Part shown: piece after piece, positions 41,984-51,013 of the stretch
How the letters are laid out: every line of letters starts with the position of its first letter
Position numbering within the stretch: position 1 is the first letter of the stretch
Origin: an uncultured Acidobacteriota bacterium
GTDB taxonomy: Bacteria; Acidobacteriota; Vicinamibacteria; Fen-336; JAGNNV01
Assembly (NCBI GenBank): GCA_964646485.1
Contig: CAZYEA010000001.1
Coordinates: 1-58,610 of the forward strand
DNA length: 58,610 bases
Direction of reading: 5' to 3'
Made by a program: the position numbers and the translations under genes
Notes under the pieces: generated by a model
What the model was told of the DNA's origin: nothing
Databases searched by the model: none
The model's input: only the letters and a program-made list of their open reading frames with translations

Positions 41984-44545
41984 TTGATCGGGCCCGGGAC
42001 CACCCTCGCGAGTCGCCCCGGGAAAGGCCCCTTGTCACCACCACGAAGTTCCGCCCTCCACGCACTCTTCTTTGTCTCGGGTGCTGTAGCACTCGGCTAT
42101 CAGGTCCTTTGGATGCGGCGCTTCGCCGTGCTGCTGGGCTCTGCGGCGCCCGCGGTGGCAGGCGCCCTCGTCGCCTGCTTCATCGGGCTCGGAGTCGGCA
42201 GCTACGCCTTCGGTCGCGTGGCCCCTCGTCTGGCCTCGCCTCTTCGGGCCTTCGGCTGGCTCGAGATCGCGACCGGAGTATCGGCCCTCGCCGTGGATCC
42301 TCTTCTCGAAGCTTTTCGGCCTGCCTACTCGTGGCTTTACGAAGCATCGAGCGGGCGTCCGACGGCGCGACTCGCGGCAGAGCTCTTTCTGGCGATCGCG
42401 GCGGTGCTCCTGCCCGCGACCTGCATGGGCGGGACGTTGCCGGTACTGGCCCAATTCGTAGCGGCCCGGGCGAGAGCACTCGGAGTTCGGGTGGGCGGGC
42501 TCTATTCGGTCAACACCATCGGAGCGGCCTGCGGCGCACTCGCCGTTCCCGCCTGCCTCCTTCCTTGGTTCGGCGCCCGAGGAGCACTCATCGCGTTGGT
42601 CGCGTCGAGTTTGAGTATCGGGGGAATGGCCCTGGCCCTCGCGGCACGGCCGATGTCTCCTGCCGCTGAGCCCGAGCCGCGGGCGGCCGGGGCGGATTCT
42701 CGGCGTATGGAATCAAGTCCACGCCTCAACCTCCTCGCCTTCGCGTTCGTTTCCGGTTTGATCACATTGGCGCTCGAGGCTCTGGCCACCCGCATGTTCG
42801 CGCAGGTGCATGAGAATTCCATTTACTCGTTCGCCACGGTTCTCGCGGTATTCCTGACCGGCCTCGCGGCGGGCGCTTCGCTTGCTCGAGTGGCGCTGAA
42901 GCGGGGTGCCGAGGCCCAGGATCTGGTCGTATTCGGCTGGGCGAGCGCCGGCCTTTGGCTGGTCATGCTCCCAGCGCTCTTCGTCAAGATGACGGGCCTC
43001 GACTACATCACCGCCGGGGATCTGCTGGCCCAGGAAGGGCAGCTCGCGATTCTGACCGTCTGCCTCCTCCTTGTTCCCACCGTCCTGCTTGGACTCGCCC
43101 TGCCGGCTCTTATGGAGCGAGCGGGGGAGACGGCGATCGCCGGAGGGCCGGCGGCGGGAGCGATGCTGGCCGCGAACACTGCGGGGGCCGCGTCCGGACC
43201 ACTCTTGGCCCTGTTCTTCCTCGCTCCGGCGCTCGGGCTTTGGACCGCGGTCAGTGTCACGGGGCTTACGGGCCTCGCCGCCGCGATCGCGGCGGCGCCA
43301 CGGACCGGGCGTGCCGCGAGAGGCGCCCTCGTCCTGGCCCTTCCATGCGCGCTGGTGGGCTGGCTGGCCTTTCCACCGGGTGCGCTTCCGCGGATGAGGG
43401 TCTCGGGCGCCGACCAGGTTCTCGAAGTCCGCGATGGCGCTTTCGGAACCGTCGGAGTTATTGAGCACGAGGGGCACCGTCGCCTCAAACTGAACAACTT
43501 CTACCTCCTCGGAGGCAGCGCCTCTTCGGGAGACGAGCGCCTGCAGGGGCACATCCCGCTGCTCCTTCACCAGCGGCCCGAGCGGGTCGCGTTCCTGGGG
43601 CTCGGCACCGGCATCTCGCTGAGCGCGGTGCGCTTCCATCCCTCCGTGCGGCAGGTGGAAGCGCTCGAGCTCGTGCCCGAGGTGATTGCGTCGGCCCGTG
43701 AGTGGTTCGGGGGGCCGAATCTCGACGTGCTCAAGGACCCCAGGGTTCACGTCCGCGCCGAGGACGCGCGCAGCTACCTCGGCGCCACCCGCGACCGTTT
43801 CGACGTCGTGGTGGGCGACCTCGTGGTCCCCTGGCGGCGCGGCGAGTCTTCTCTCTACACGCGCGAAAGCTTCGAGGCGGTGAAGGCGACCCTGGCTGAG
43901 GGCGGTCTGTATTGCCAGTGGGTGCCGCTCTACCAGCTTTCAGAGCCCGAGTTCGACAGCATCGCCGCTTCCTTTCTGGATGTCTTTCCGCACACCACCC
44001 TGTGGCGAGGCGACTTCAGCGCCGGGCAGCCAGGCGTGGCACTCGTCGGGCACACGGATGTGCGCGGGCTCGACGCCGGCGTGGCGGACGAGCGCATGCG
44101 ATCGCTCCTGGCCGCACCCGACCCGGCGAACCCCTACCTCTCCGATCCGGCTGGCCTCTGGCTCTATTTCGTGGCTCCGCTTGACCCTTTCGAGTCGCGC
44201 TTCCGACTGGCCCGCCGAAATCGGGACGAAAACCCCTGGATCGAACTCGCCGGCCCAAGGTTCCGGGCGGGGATCGGTTCGGGAGAGCCCGCCGCTCTCG
44301 TCGGCCGGTCGGCAGGGGAGAGGCTCAGCCAGTCCCTCGCCTTACCCCTCGAAGGCACGGTGGCCGGGACCCTCGATGAGGAGCACCGCCGGTGGCGAAG
44401 TCTTGGCGCCCAGCTCTTCGAGGCCTCCGTCCTCTCCTTCGAGGGCGATAACACGGCTGCGGACCGGCTCGGCTTCGGCGCCCTGGCCCTCTTGCCTCCG
44501 GCGGTGCAGAGGGCGGTGAGTGGAGGGGCGATTCCCAGGGAGTGA
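41984..44545 (+). CDS. fused polytopic membrane domain plus spermidine-synthase-like (class I methyltransferase fold) protein
   Basis: 853 aa; about 450 aa of repeated hydrophobic helices, then 'RVAFLGLGTGISLSA', 'FDVVVGDLVVPW', 'GGLYCQWVPLYQL' spermidine-synthase-like blocks. TTG start. Confidence 0.7.
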   Translation: MIGPGTTLASRPGKGPLSPPRSSALHALFFVSGAVALGYQVLWMRRFAVLLGSAAPAVAGALVACFIGLGVGSYAFGRVAPRLASPLRAFGWLEIATGVSALAVDPLLEAFRPAYSWLYEASSGRPTARLAAELFLAIAAVLLPATCMGGTLPVLAQFVAARARALGVRVGGLYSVNTIGAACGALAVPACLLPWFGARGALIALVASSLSIGGMALALAARPMSPAAEPEPRAAGADSRRMESSPRLNLLAFAFVSGLITLALEALATRMFAQVHENSIYSFATVLAVFLTGLAAGASLARVALKRGAEAQDLVVFGWASAGLWLVMLPALFVKMTGLDYITAGDLLAQEGQLAILTVCLLLVPTVLLGLALPALMERAGETAIAGGPAAGAMLAANTAGAASGPLLALFFLAPALGLWTAVSVTGLTGLAAAIAAAPRTGRAARGALVLALPCALVGWLAFPPGALPRMRVSGADQVLEVRDGAFGTVGVIEHEGHRRLKLNNFYLLGGSASSGDERLQGHIPLLLHQRPERVAFLGLGTGISLSAVRFHPSVRQVEALELVPEVIASAREWFGGPNLDVLKDPRVHVRAEDARSYLGATRDRFDVVVGDLVVPWRRGESSLYTRESFEAVKATLAEGGLYCQWVPLYQLSEPEFDSIAASFLDVFPHTTLWRGDFSAGQPGVALVGHTDVRGLDAGVADERMRSLLAAPDPANPYLSDPAGLWLYFVAPLDPFESRFRLARRNRDENPWIELAGPRFRAGIGSGEPAALVGRSAGERLSQSLALPLEGTVAGTLDEEHRRWRSLGAQLFEASVLSFEGDNTAADRLGFGALALLPPAVQRAVSGGAIPRE

Positions 44546-44684
44546 GGCAGAGCTCAGGCAGAAGTGGAGCGGATAGACGAACAGCCAGAGCTTGAGCTAG
44601 CATCCTAGCGAGTCGTCAGGAAGTCGAGCGCGCCGCGGGTACGCCGGCGGCAAAGGACCGAACCGCAGGAAGAGGAGCCACATC

Positions 44685-45392
44685 TTGAGAATGAGAATCA
44701 TCACATTGCTCGCGGCCACCTGTGTCCTTGCAGGTGTCACCTCGATCAGTCCGAAGGCGCAGAACGCCACGCCGACCCCTATCGGCGCCTGGTTCGGCAT
44801 CGCGCGGCCGTGCACGCCCGGCAGCCGCTTCCCGAACCCGCCGGGGACGGTCAGCCAGTCCGTGTGTCACGAAGCCTGCCAGGGCGGGCCCTGCCCGCCT
44901 TCCGATTTCCCGGTCGGCGAAGTGACCATGATCCCGACGCTTCTCGCCGATGGCACCGTGCTCGCCGATGACTTCGCCGAGCTGCTCGATCATCATTCGA
45001 CCGCCCAGGGGAAGTGGCAGTACGTGGGCAAGGCGGTGATCGATGGCAAGGAACTCGACAAGTATCAGGCGACCTTCATCTGGTTTCAGGCGCGCGACCC
45101 TACGGACGTCGATCCGAGAAATCCGCTGGGCATATTCCAGGGCGTAGTCCGGCCCCGGTTCGTCACGTTCTTCGATCCGGCCGAGCCCGACAGCATGCGC
45201 GGTTTCATCCAGCCTTACACCTACACCATGACCGACCGTTTCGGCCTCGTCAACCTGCAGCCCGGGTCACCCTTCCCGCTGGTCGACCCGGTGGCGCCGC
45301 TCCCGGCCGGGTGCAATCCGCAGGCGATCAACGACAATCCGCGCTGCCTGGGCACGCTGACGTTCGTCATTCGGCGCATCCAGCCGCGGTAA
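44685..45392 (+). CDS. secreted hypothetical protein
   Basis: Signal peptide 'IITLLAATCVLAGVTS'; GGAG 7 nt upstream of TTG 44685 (ATG 44691 is an alternative); Cys-rich 'CHEACQGGPCPP'. Confidence 0.5.
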   Translation: MRMRIITLLAATCVLAGVTSISPKAQNATPTPIGAWFGIARPCTPGSRFPNPPGTVSQSVCHEACQGGPCPPSDFPVGEVTMIPTLLADGTVLADDFAELLDHHSTAQGKWQYVGKAVIDGKELDKYQATFIWFQARDPTDVDPRNPLGIFQGVVRPRFVTFFDPAEPDSMRGFIQPYTYTMTDRFGLVNLQPGSPFPLVDPVAPLPAGCNPQAINDNPRCLGTLTFVIRRIQPR

Positions 45393-45598
45393 GACGCGAC
45401 CCTTTTAGGGGGGCTGGGTGGCTGCGAAAACTGCGGCGCCCGCAACGGGAGGGTCCGCGACCCAAGAAGCCTTCGCCAGCGGTGCCGCCCCGGGGTAGGG
45501 GGGCGCGGCTAGGTCAGAGTGCTGAAAGAGAGGAAGCTTCCTGCTGACGCCCCGTCGCCGACCGGCCCGAGGCGCGAAGTCCGAGGGGGCCGGCTATC

Positions 45599-46093
45599 CT
45601 AGCGCCGGCAGATCGACCCGGAGTAGGTGACGTCGAAGTAGGTCTTTCCCGGCCCGGCGTCGGGGCCGAAGAGGTTGTAGCCCGTGCCGGTCACGACGAT
45701 GGTTCCCGTCGCCCCTTCGAATTCACCGGTGCCGCTCGCAACCGTGAGCGTGAGGCGATCGGCAACCGTCCCGATCGGCTGTCCCGCGATCGGCGTGAAG
45801 GTTGCTCGACCGTTGAACAGAACCTGGTCTTGAGGGCTCATCACCCAGGTTTCGATGCTGGTCGCGTCGATGGCGCCGCTTGGGAGGAACGTGAGGTTGG
45901 TGACCATCGCGGTGATGGCGGCCTTCAGGGTGCCCGTTGCGGGCCCGAGAATCCGGCCGAACGGATCATTCGGCGCCGGAATCAGAATGAACGTCGCCTG
46001 ACCGGCGACGCTCTGACACTTATCCTGACCGGACGAGGCGGCCGGCGAGAACAAAGACGCCGCGACACAGATTCCAAGGAACGTCCGCTTCAT
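45599..46093 (-). CDS. small secreted protein, paralogue A (N- and C-terminal Cys pair)
   Basis: 164 aa; signal peptide 'FLGICVAASLFSPAAS'; shares 'TG.GYN.F......GK.YF...Y.G..C' C-terminus with 46163..46681. Confidence 0.55.
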   Translation of the reverse strand: MKRTFLGICVAASLFSPAASSGQDKCQSVAGQATFILIPAPNDPFGRILGPATGTLKAAITAMVTNLTFLPSGAIDATSIETWVMSPQDQVLFNGRATFTPIAGQPIGTVADRLTLTVASGTGEFEGATGTIVVTGTGYNLFGPDAGPGKTYFDVTYSGSICRR

Positions 46094-46162
46094 GATGACT
46101 CCTCCGACAAGATCGTTTGCCTCGCCCGGTGTCCAGCAGCTTCCTGGAGCGGACGGACCCGA

Positions 46163-46681
46163 CTAGGGCACGCAGACTTCCCCGGTGTAACGGAATGTGA
46201 AGTAGGACTTGCCGCCGACCGGACCCGGGGGGAGCGGAAAGAAATTGTAGCCTCGGCCCGTCGCCACGATCTGGCCCGCGGCGTTGAGGTATTTGCCACG
46301 ACCGCCTCTGATGGTGATGGTCACCACGTCGTTCACGTCGGGCGTATTCGGGATGGGGGTCAGCACCAGGGCGTCGGTCGCATAGATGTGATCCTTCGGG
46401 CTGAGCACGAAGACCCGGTCGGCGGTGCCTCCGAGGGTCCCGGGGGCCGAACCCGGGCCCACGGTTCTGAGCGTGGCGGTGCCGACGGACTGAAGGTCTC
46501 CGTCCGCGGTGCTCACCACCCTCCCCAGGGTATCGAACGGAGCCCCACGCGTGTCGACCACGACTTCGGTCAGATTGCCCTGGACCTTGGTACAGCTCCA
46601 GGACTTGAAGTCCTGAACCATGGCCGGGCGGGCGAGTCCAAGTGCTAGTGCTAGTGCCAGCGTCAGGCGAGTCATCGACAT
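46163..46681 (-). CDS. small secreted protein, paralogue B (N- and C-terminal Cys pair)
   Basis: 172 aa; signal peptide 'LTLALALALGLARPA'; C-terminus 'ATGRGYNFFPLPPGPVGGKSYFTFRYTGEVCVP' parallels paralogue A. Confidence 0.55.
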   Translation of the reverse strand: MSMTRLTLALALALGLARPAMVQDFKSWSCTKVQGNLTEVVVDTRGAPFDTLGRVVSTADGDLQSVGTATLRTVGPGSAPGTLGGTADRVFVLSPKDHIYATDALVLTPIPNTPDVNDVVTITIRGGRGKYLNAAGQIVATGRGYNFFPLPPGPVGGKSYFTFRYTGEVCVP

Positions 46682-46814
46682 ACCCCAAAACCTCCCGGCT
46701 GGAACGGAAATCCGGCCTGCGCGGTGAGACGAGACTGTTCGCTAGGCATTCAGAATCGTAGCGCCGCCCTAGTTCGCTGTCAACAACTCCTGGCTCCGGT
46801 CCGCGATGCCGGAA

Positions 46815-48116
46815 CTAGAACTTGAAGTTCAGTCCGATGAGGCCGCTGACCACGCGGTTCGACATGTCCACGCTGCCGAGGACCGCGTTTTTCAAGTCGC
46901 GGTACGGGCCGCTCACGTCCCCTCGCGGCGCGTAGGAAACACTCGTCTCCGCCTCGAGAAACGGGAACAGCTGGTACCCGAAACCGCCGTTGAAGCGATG
47001 CCGGGTCGCGATCGGCGCAATCACGCTCGACACCACGACGTCCGAGCGTACCGGGGTCTGGCTGAAGTTGTAGCCCGCGCGCACCGTGAGCTTGCCGGTC
47101 GCCTGGTGCTGCACGCCCGCCTTGAAGGTCCACACGTTGCCCCAGCCGAAGGGAAGCAACACTTCGTTGACGATGCCGCCCTGCCCTCCGAAGCCCGCGA
47201 CCCCCTTGTACTTCGTGAACATGCCGTCGATGGCGGCCTGAGTCTTCTTGCCCGGCTTGAAGCCCAGGCCCATGCTGACCACCATCGGCCCGTCCAGATC
47301 GTACGAGAGGGTTCGGTTGGTTCCGAAACCAGGCGAAGTCGGGTCCGCGTTGGTCGAATTCCATTCATAAGCCGAGAAGTTCTGGGGAGTCGTGATCGAC
47401 CCTCCCACGCTGACCTTCTCGGTGGCTTGATACAGGAAACCGAGCTGCACCGCGGCCGCGAACTTTTGGCTCGGCCGGCCGGCCTCGGGATATCAGCGCG
47501 GCGTGGGGGTTGGCCCCGCGTATCCCTTGTCGAAGTCCTCGCTCCAAAGGGGCGCCATGGCGAACTGTCCCACGTAGAGGTTGAACGAGGCTCCGAGCGA
47601 GAGCTTGGGCGTGGCCTGATACCCGATGGCCACGGGAATCTTCGTGACGCTGTAGGTGGAATAGACGCGACCCAGGCCGTCGGGACGCTGGGCGAAGAGA
47701 ACGCTGGAGGTGTCCTGGGCGTAGTCGGTGCTGAAACCCCCGAGGCCGATCAAACCGAAGCCAAGCGCCATCTTGGCGTCGGGCTTCCGCGACATCCAAC
47801 CGAATGCGGGGACGATGTTGATCTGGCTGGTGGAAAGGCCGCGGTGGGTACGCCCGCCCGCGGCGAGGGTCGTGTCGATGTGGATGCTGTCCTTCAAGAA
47901 CTCGGTGGTGAACGAGATCTGATTGCCCGGCGCCACCGAGATCAGCGCGGGGTTGAACATCAACGCGCCCAGAGACTCGTTCGGAAGTGCTGTACCCGCA
48001 CCTCCCATGGCGCCGTTTACGGGACCCGCGGCAGGCTGAGCCGCGCCTTGAGCCCAGGTCACCACCGGCAGCGCGAGCAGACCGAAGACCGCCAACCGTC
48101 GTGCGAAATGGTTCAT
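46815..48116 (-). pseudogene. FadL/OmpP1/TodX-type outer-membrane transporter paralogue interrupted by one in-frame TGA (47493-47495)
   Basis: ORFs 47493..48116 and 46815..47450 share a frame (48116-47450=666) and together are collinear with the intact paralogue at 48126..49412. The TGA aligns with its Trp codon. Confidence 0.7.
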
Positions 48117-48125
48117 AGCAAACCT

Positions 48126-49412
48126 CTAGAACTTGAAGTTGAATCCAACGAGGGCGCTCGTCAGCTTGTTGGACTCGTCGAGGGTTCCCTTGACCACGCC
48201 ATCGAGGTCGGGAAACGGTCCGATGAGGTGATCCCGCGGGACGTAGTAGAAGCTCGCGTTCATCTCCAGGAACGGAAAAACCTTGTACCCGAATCCGCCG
48301 CAGAAATGGTGCTGGAAGGTCGCGGGGGCCCCGGTGGCCGAGATGACGACCTCGGGCCGGAGCGGCATCTGGCTGTAGTTGTACCCGGCCCGCAGGGTCA
48401 GCTTCTCGCTGGCCGCGTGCTGCACGCCGGCCTTGACCGTCCAGACGTTGCGCCACCCGAACGGGTACACGATCCGATCGACGATGCCGCCCACGCTGCC
48501 GAAACCATTCACCCCTTTGTATTTCGTGAACATCCCGTCGAGGGCTACCTGGGTCTTCTTGCCGGGCGTCATGGCCACCCCGAAACTGACCACGAGCGGG
48601 CCATCGAGGTCATAGGAGAGCTTGCGGTCGAGCCCAAAGTTGGGAGACGACGGATCGGCGACCGACGAATTCCATTCGTAGGGCGAGAAGTTCTGCGGGG
48701 TCGTCACCGATCCTCCGAGGCTCAGCGACGGCGTGGCCTGGAAGTGGAACCCGAACTGCCCGGCCACCGCGAATTTCTGGCTCGCCTTCCCGGCTTCCGG
48801 ATACCAGCGATCGCGGTTTGGCTGCTCGTCGAAATCCTTGTGGGGAAGGGGCGCCACCGAGAACTGGCCGACGTAGGCGTTGATCGAAACGCCGAGCGAG
48901 AGCTTCGGCGTGACCTGGTAGGCGACCGCGAGGGGAACCTTGGTGACCGCCAGATTCGTCCAGATGCGACCGAACCCGTTGGGCGGCTGGGCGAAGAGGA
49001 TGCTGTCGTTGTCCTGGTTATAGTCGGTCCCGAAACCGGCGATGCCGATCAGACCGAATCCGATCGACATCTTGCTGTCGGGCTTGCGCGACATCCAGCC
49101 GAAGGCCGGAACCACGCTCAGGTGGCTCGCCGGGTCGATGTCGCCGGTCAGCAGGCCGGCCGTGGTGCGGATGTGGATGTCGTCCTTGAAGAACTCCGTG
49201 GAGAACGAAAGCTGGTTGCCCTTGACCCCGGAGATGAGCGCCGGGTTGAAGGCGAGCGCCCCGAGCGATTCATTCGGCAGCGCCGCCCCCGCACCTCCCA
49301 TCGCGCTGTTGATGGGACCGAACCCATGGAGCATGGCGCCCTGCGCCGATGCCCAGGCGGGTAGGAGAGCCAGACACCCGACGAACGCCAGCTTCTTGAA
49401 GTAGGCCATCAT
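48126..49412 (-). CDS. FadL/OmpP1/TodX-family outer-membrane transporter for hydrophobic compounds
   Basis: Trimmed to ATG 49412/49409 after GAGGAGA; signal peptide 'KKLAFVGCLALLPAWASA'; N-terminal 'GAGAALPNESLGALAFNPALI' and C-terminal 'LVGFNFKF' (terminal Phe). Family call from pattern memory. Confidence 0.65.
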   Translation of the reverse strand: MMAYFKKLAFVGCLALLPAWASAQGAMLHGFGPINSAMGGAGAALPNESLGALAFNPALISGVKGNQLSFSTEFFKDDIHIRTTAGLLTGDIDPASHLSVVPAFGWMSRKPDSKMSIGFGLIGIAGFGTDYNQDNDSILFAQPPNGFGRIWTNLAVTKVPLAVAYQVTPKLSLGVSINAYVGQFSVAPLPHKDFDEQPNRDRWYPEAGKASQKFAVAGQFGFHFQATPSLSLGGSVTTPQNFSPYEWNSSVADPSSPNFGLDRKLSYDLDGPLVVSFGVAMTPGKKTQVALDGMFTKYKGVNGFGSVGGIVDRIVYPFGWRNVWTVKAGVQHAASEKLTLRAGYNYSQMPLRPEVVISATGAPATFQHHFCGGFGYKVFPFLEMNASFYYVPRDHLIGPFPDLDGVVKGTLDESNKLTSALVGFNFKF

Positions 49413-49561
49413 TCTCCTCTGCACTTTCCGGCCGACCGCCCGGCCCTGCTGATCTTTCGGACTATACCCTTTCGCGATCGTGTGTTTCCCTGGCATGCCG
49501 CACGGCCTTGAAGGTCCCTGGTGTCGCCGCTCTCTCTCCCCTCGAAAGATCCGCTCGGCCC

Positions 49562-50836
49562 TCAAGTCGTGGACGGCGCGGCCTGTCCCGCTTCGAGGTT
49601 GAGCCGATTCATCATGGGACCGGCCAAGGCCGAGGTCACGAGGGCCATGACCACGAGGGCCACGAATACCCTCTGATCGATGAGCCCGCTCTCCAGGGCG
49701 ACCGAGGCCAGGATGATTTCCATTGCGCCCCGAGCGTTCAGGCCAAAGCCCACGGCCGCCGCTTGCCGCGGCGGCATCCCGCCGAGCCAGGCCCCGAGAC
49801 CTGCTCCGCCGATCTTTCCGAGACAGGCCACGAGGAGCACCAGCAGCACCAGGGGAAGGTCGAAGTCGCTTGCGAAGTTCGCGCGCAGGCCGATGGAGAC
49901 GAAGTACAGGGGAGCGAAAAAGCTGATGGCGAACTGGTAGATGACGTCATGCGCTTCCTTTCCCTCTCCGCTGTCGATGGCCTGCCCGAGGGCAATCCCC
50001 ACCACGTAGGCTCCGAAGACCGCGTGAATTCCGAGGGCTTCCGTGACCGCGGCGGCGACCAGGATCACCACCGTCGTGGCTCCGATGAAGGCCGTGGGCC
50101 ATGAAAGGTGTGCCCTCATCCAGCGCAGACCGGGCCGGCTGAGCCATCGACCGATGAGGAGCACTACCGCGACGAAGCCCACCAACAGCCCGAGGTTTTT
50201 CGCGACGGTCTCGAAACCGCCGGTCGAGGGAGACGCGAGGGCCGGTACGAGCACGTTCAACAGAATCGCGAAGAGGCTCCACCCGACCACATCGTTGAGG
50301 GCGGCCGCGGTCATCACCACGATCCCCAGATCGCGCTGGATGAGCCGCAGGTCCATCAGGATTCGAGCGATGACGGGGAGGGCGGAGATCGACAGCGCCG
50401 TGCCCACGAAAAGGCTGAAAGCCCAGCCTGCGCTTTCCGCCCCTCGCCCCCAGACTTCGGGGAACGCCCGCACCGAGGCAATGCCCAGGGCCATGGGAAC
50501 GAGCAGGCCCAGGATGGCGGTGAAGGCGACCTGCCTTTTCCGCTCTCGGACGTGCCGGAGCTTGACCTCCAACCCGGCCACGAAAAGGAAGAACAGCATT
50601 CCGACGCTGATGAGGGATTCGCGGGCCAGGGCGATCGACTTGTCCGCGGGGAACCACCGGGCGAAGGTTTCCGGGGCGAAATTGCCGAACATGGTCGGCC
50701 CAAGCAGGATCCCGCCGAGCAGTTCGCCGAGGACGGCCGGTTGATGGAAACGGCGCATGATCTGGCCGCACACCACCGCGGTCAGGAGCATGGCTCCTAA
50801 TTGAAGGAAGAGGAGGATCAACGCGTCGTGGTTCAA
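49562..50836 (-). CDS. cation:proton antiporter (CPA1/CPA2, Kef/NapA-like)
   Basis: Trimmed from ORF 49562..51688 to TTG 50836 (GGAGGG 6 nt upstream; ATG 50791 is an alternative); 'QPAVLGELLGGILLGP', 'LFFLFVAGLEV', 'AALNDVVGW' blocks; about 11-12 TM helices. Confidence 0.85.
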   Translation of the reverse strand: MNHDALILLFLQLGAMLLTAVVCGQIMRRFHQPAVLGELLGGILLGPTMFGNFAPETFARWFPADKSIALARESLISVGMLFFLFVAGLEVKLRHVRERKRQVAFTAILGLLVPMALGIASVRAFPEVWGRGAESAGWAFSLFVGTALSISALPVIARILMDLRLIQRDLGIVVMTAAALNDVVGWSLFAILLNVLVPALASPSTGGFETVAKNLGLLVGFVAVVLLIGRWLSRPGLRWMRAHLSWPTAFIGATTVVILVAAAVTEALGIHAVFGAYVVGIALGQAIDSGEGKEAHDVIYQFAISFFAPLYFVSIGLRANFASDFDLPLVLLVLLVACLGKIGGAGLGAWLGGMPPRQAAAVGFGLNARGAMEIILASVALESGLIDQRVFVALVVMALVTSALAGPMMNRLNLEAGQAAPSTT

Positions 50837-51013
50837 GGCGTTCCCTCCACGATGTGCTCGATTGACTCCGCCATGGACTCCGCCGCGACCCTCTCGGGAT
50901 AGATGTGGGCCCTGCAAGCGACGGGCTGAGGGTTTGGTCCTTTCACAGGGCGTGCACTTTACGAGACAAAGGCACTGGCTCAGATCGAAGGGAGCGGGCG
51001 TAAGATCCCGCCA

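Noticed and set aside
45531-45542. 12-bp perfect palindrome AGGAAGCTTCCT in the convergent intergenic region, considered as a terminator
   Set aside because: It has no loop and no flanking U-tract, so it cannot form a stable terminator hairpin. An isolated 12-mer palindrome may occur by chance. It could still be a protein-binding site, but nothing supports that.
40311-47495. Alternative genetic code with TGA = Trp or Gly (code 4/25) as the explanation for the two in-frame TGAs
   Set aside because: Most well-supported genes in the window terminate at TGA (for example 2177-2179, 4106-4108, 6618-6620, 21539-21541, 26161-26163), often at conserved C-termini. The DNA is also very GC-rich, unlike known TGA-recoding lineages.
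46806-49364. 852-aa plus-strand ORF spanning both FadL-type genes
   Set aside because: It is antisense to two genes with signal peptides, barrel termini and mutual paralogy. Its translation is Arg/Gly/Glu-rich without structure. The same reasoning applies to 12530..13735, 13816..15054, 19604..21196, 24214..26013, 27513..28982, 30436..32205, 32226..33761 and 53188..54624.
50866-50890. Direct repeat GACTCCGCC-ATG-GACTCCGCC upstream of the antiporter gene
   Set aside because: It is a single short duplication (9 bp, two copies) with no further copies or symmetry. That is insufficient to call a regulatory site.
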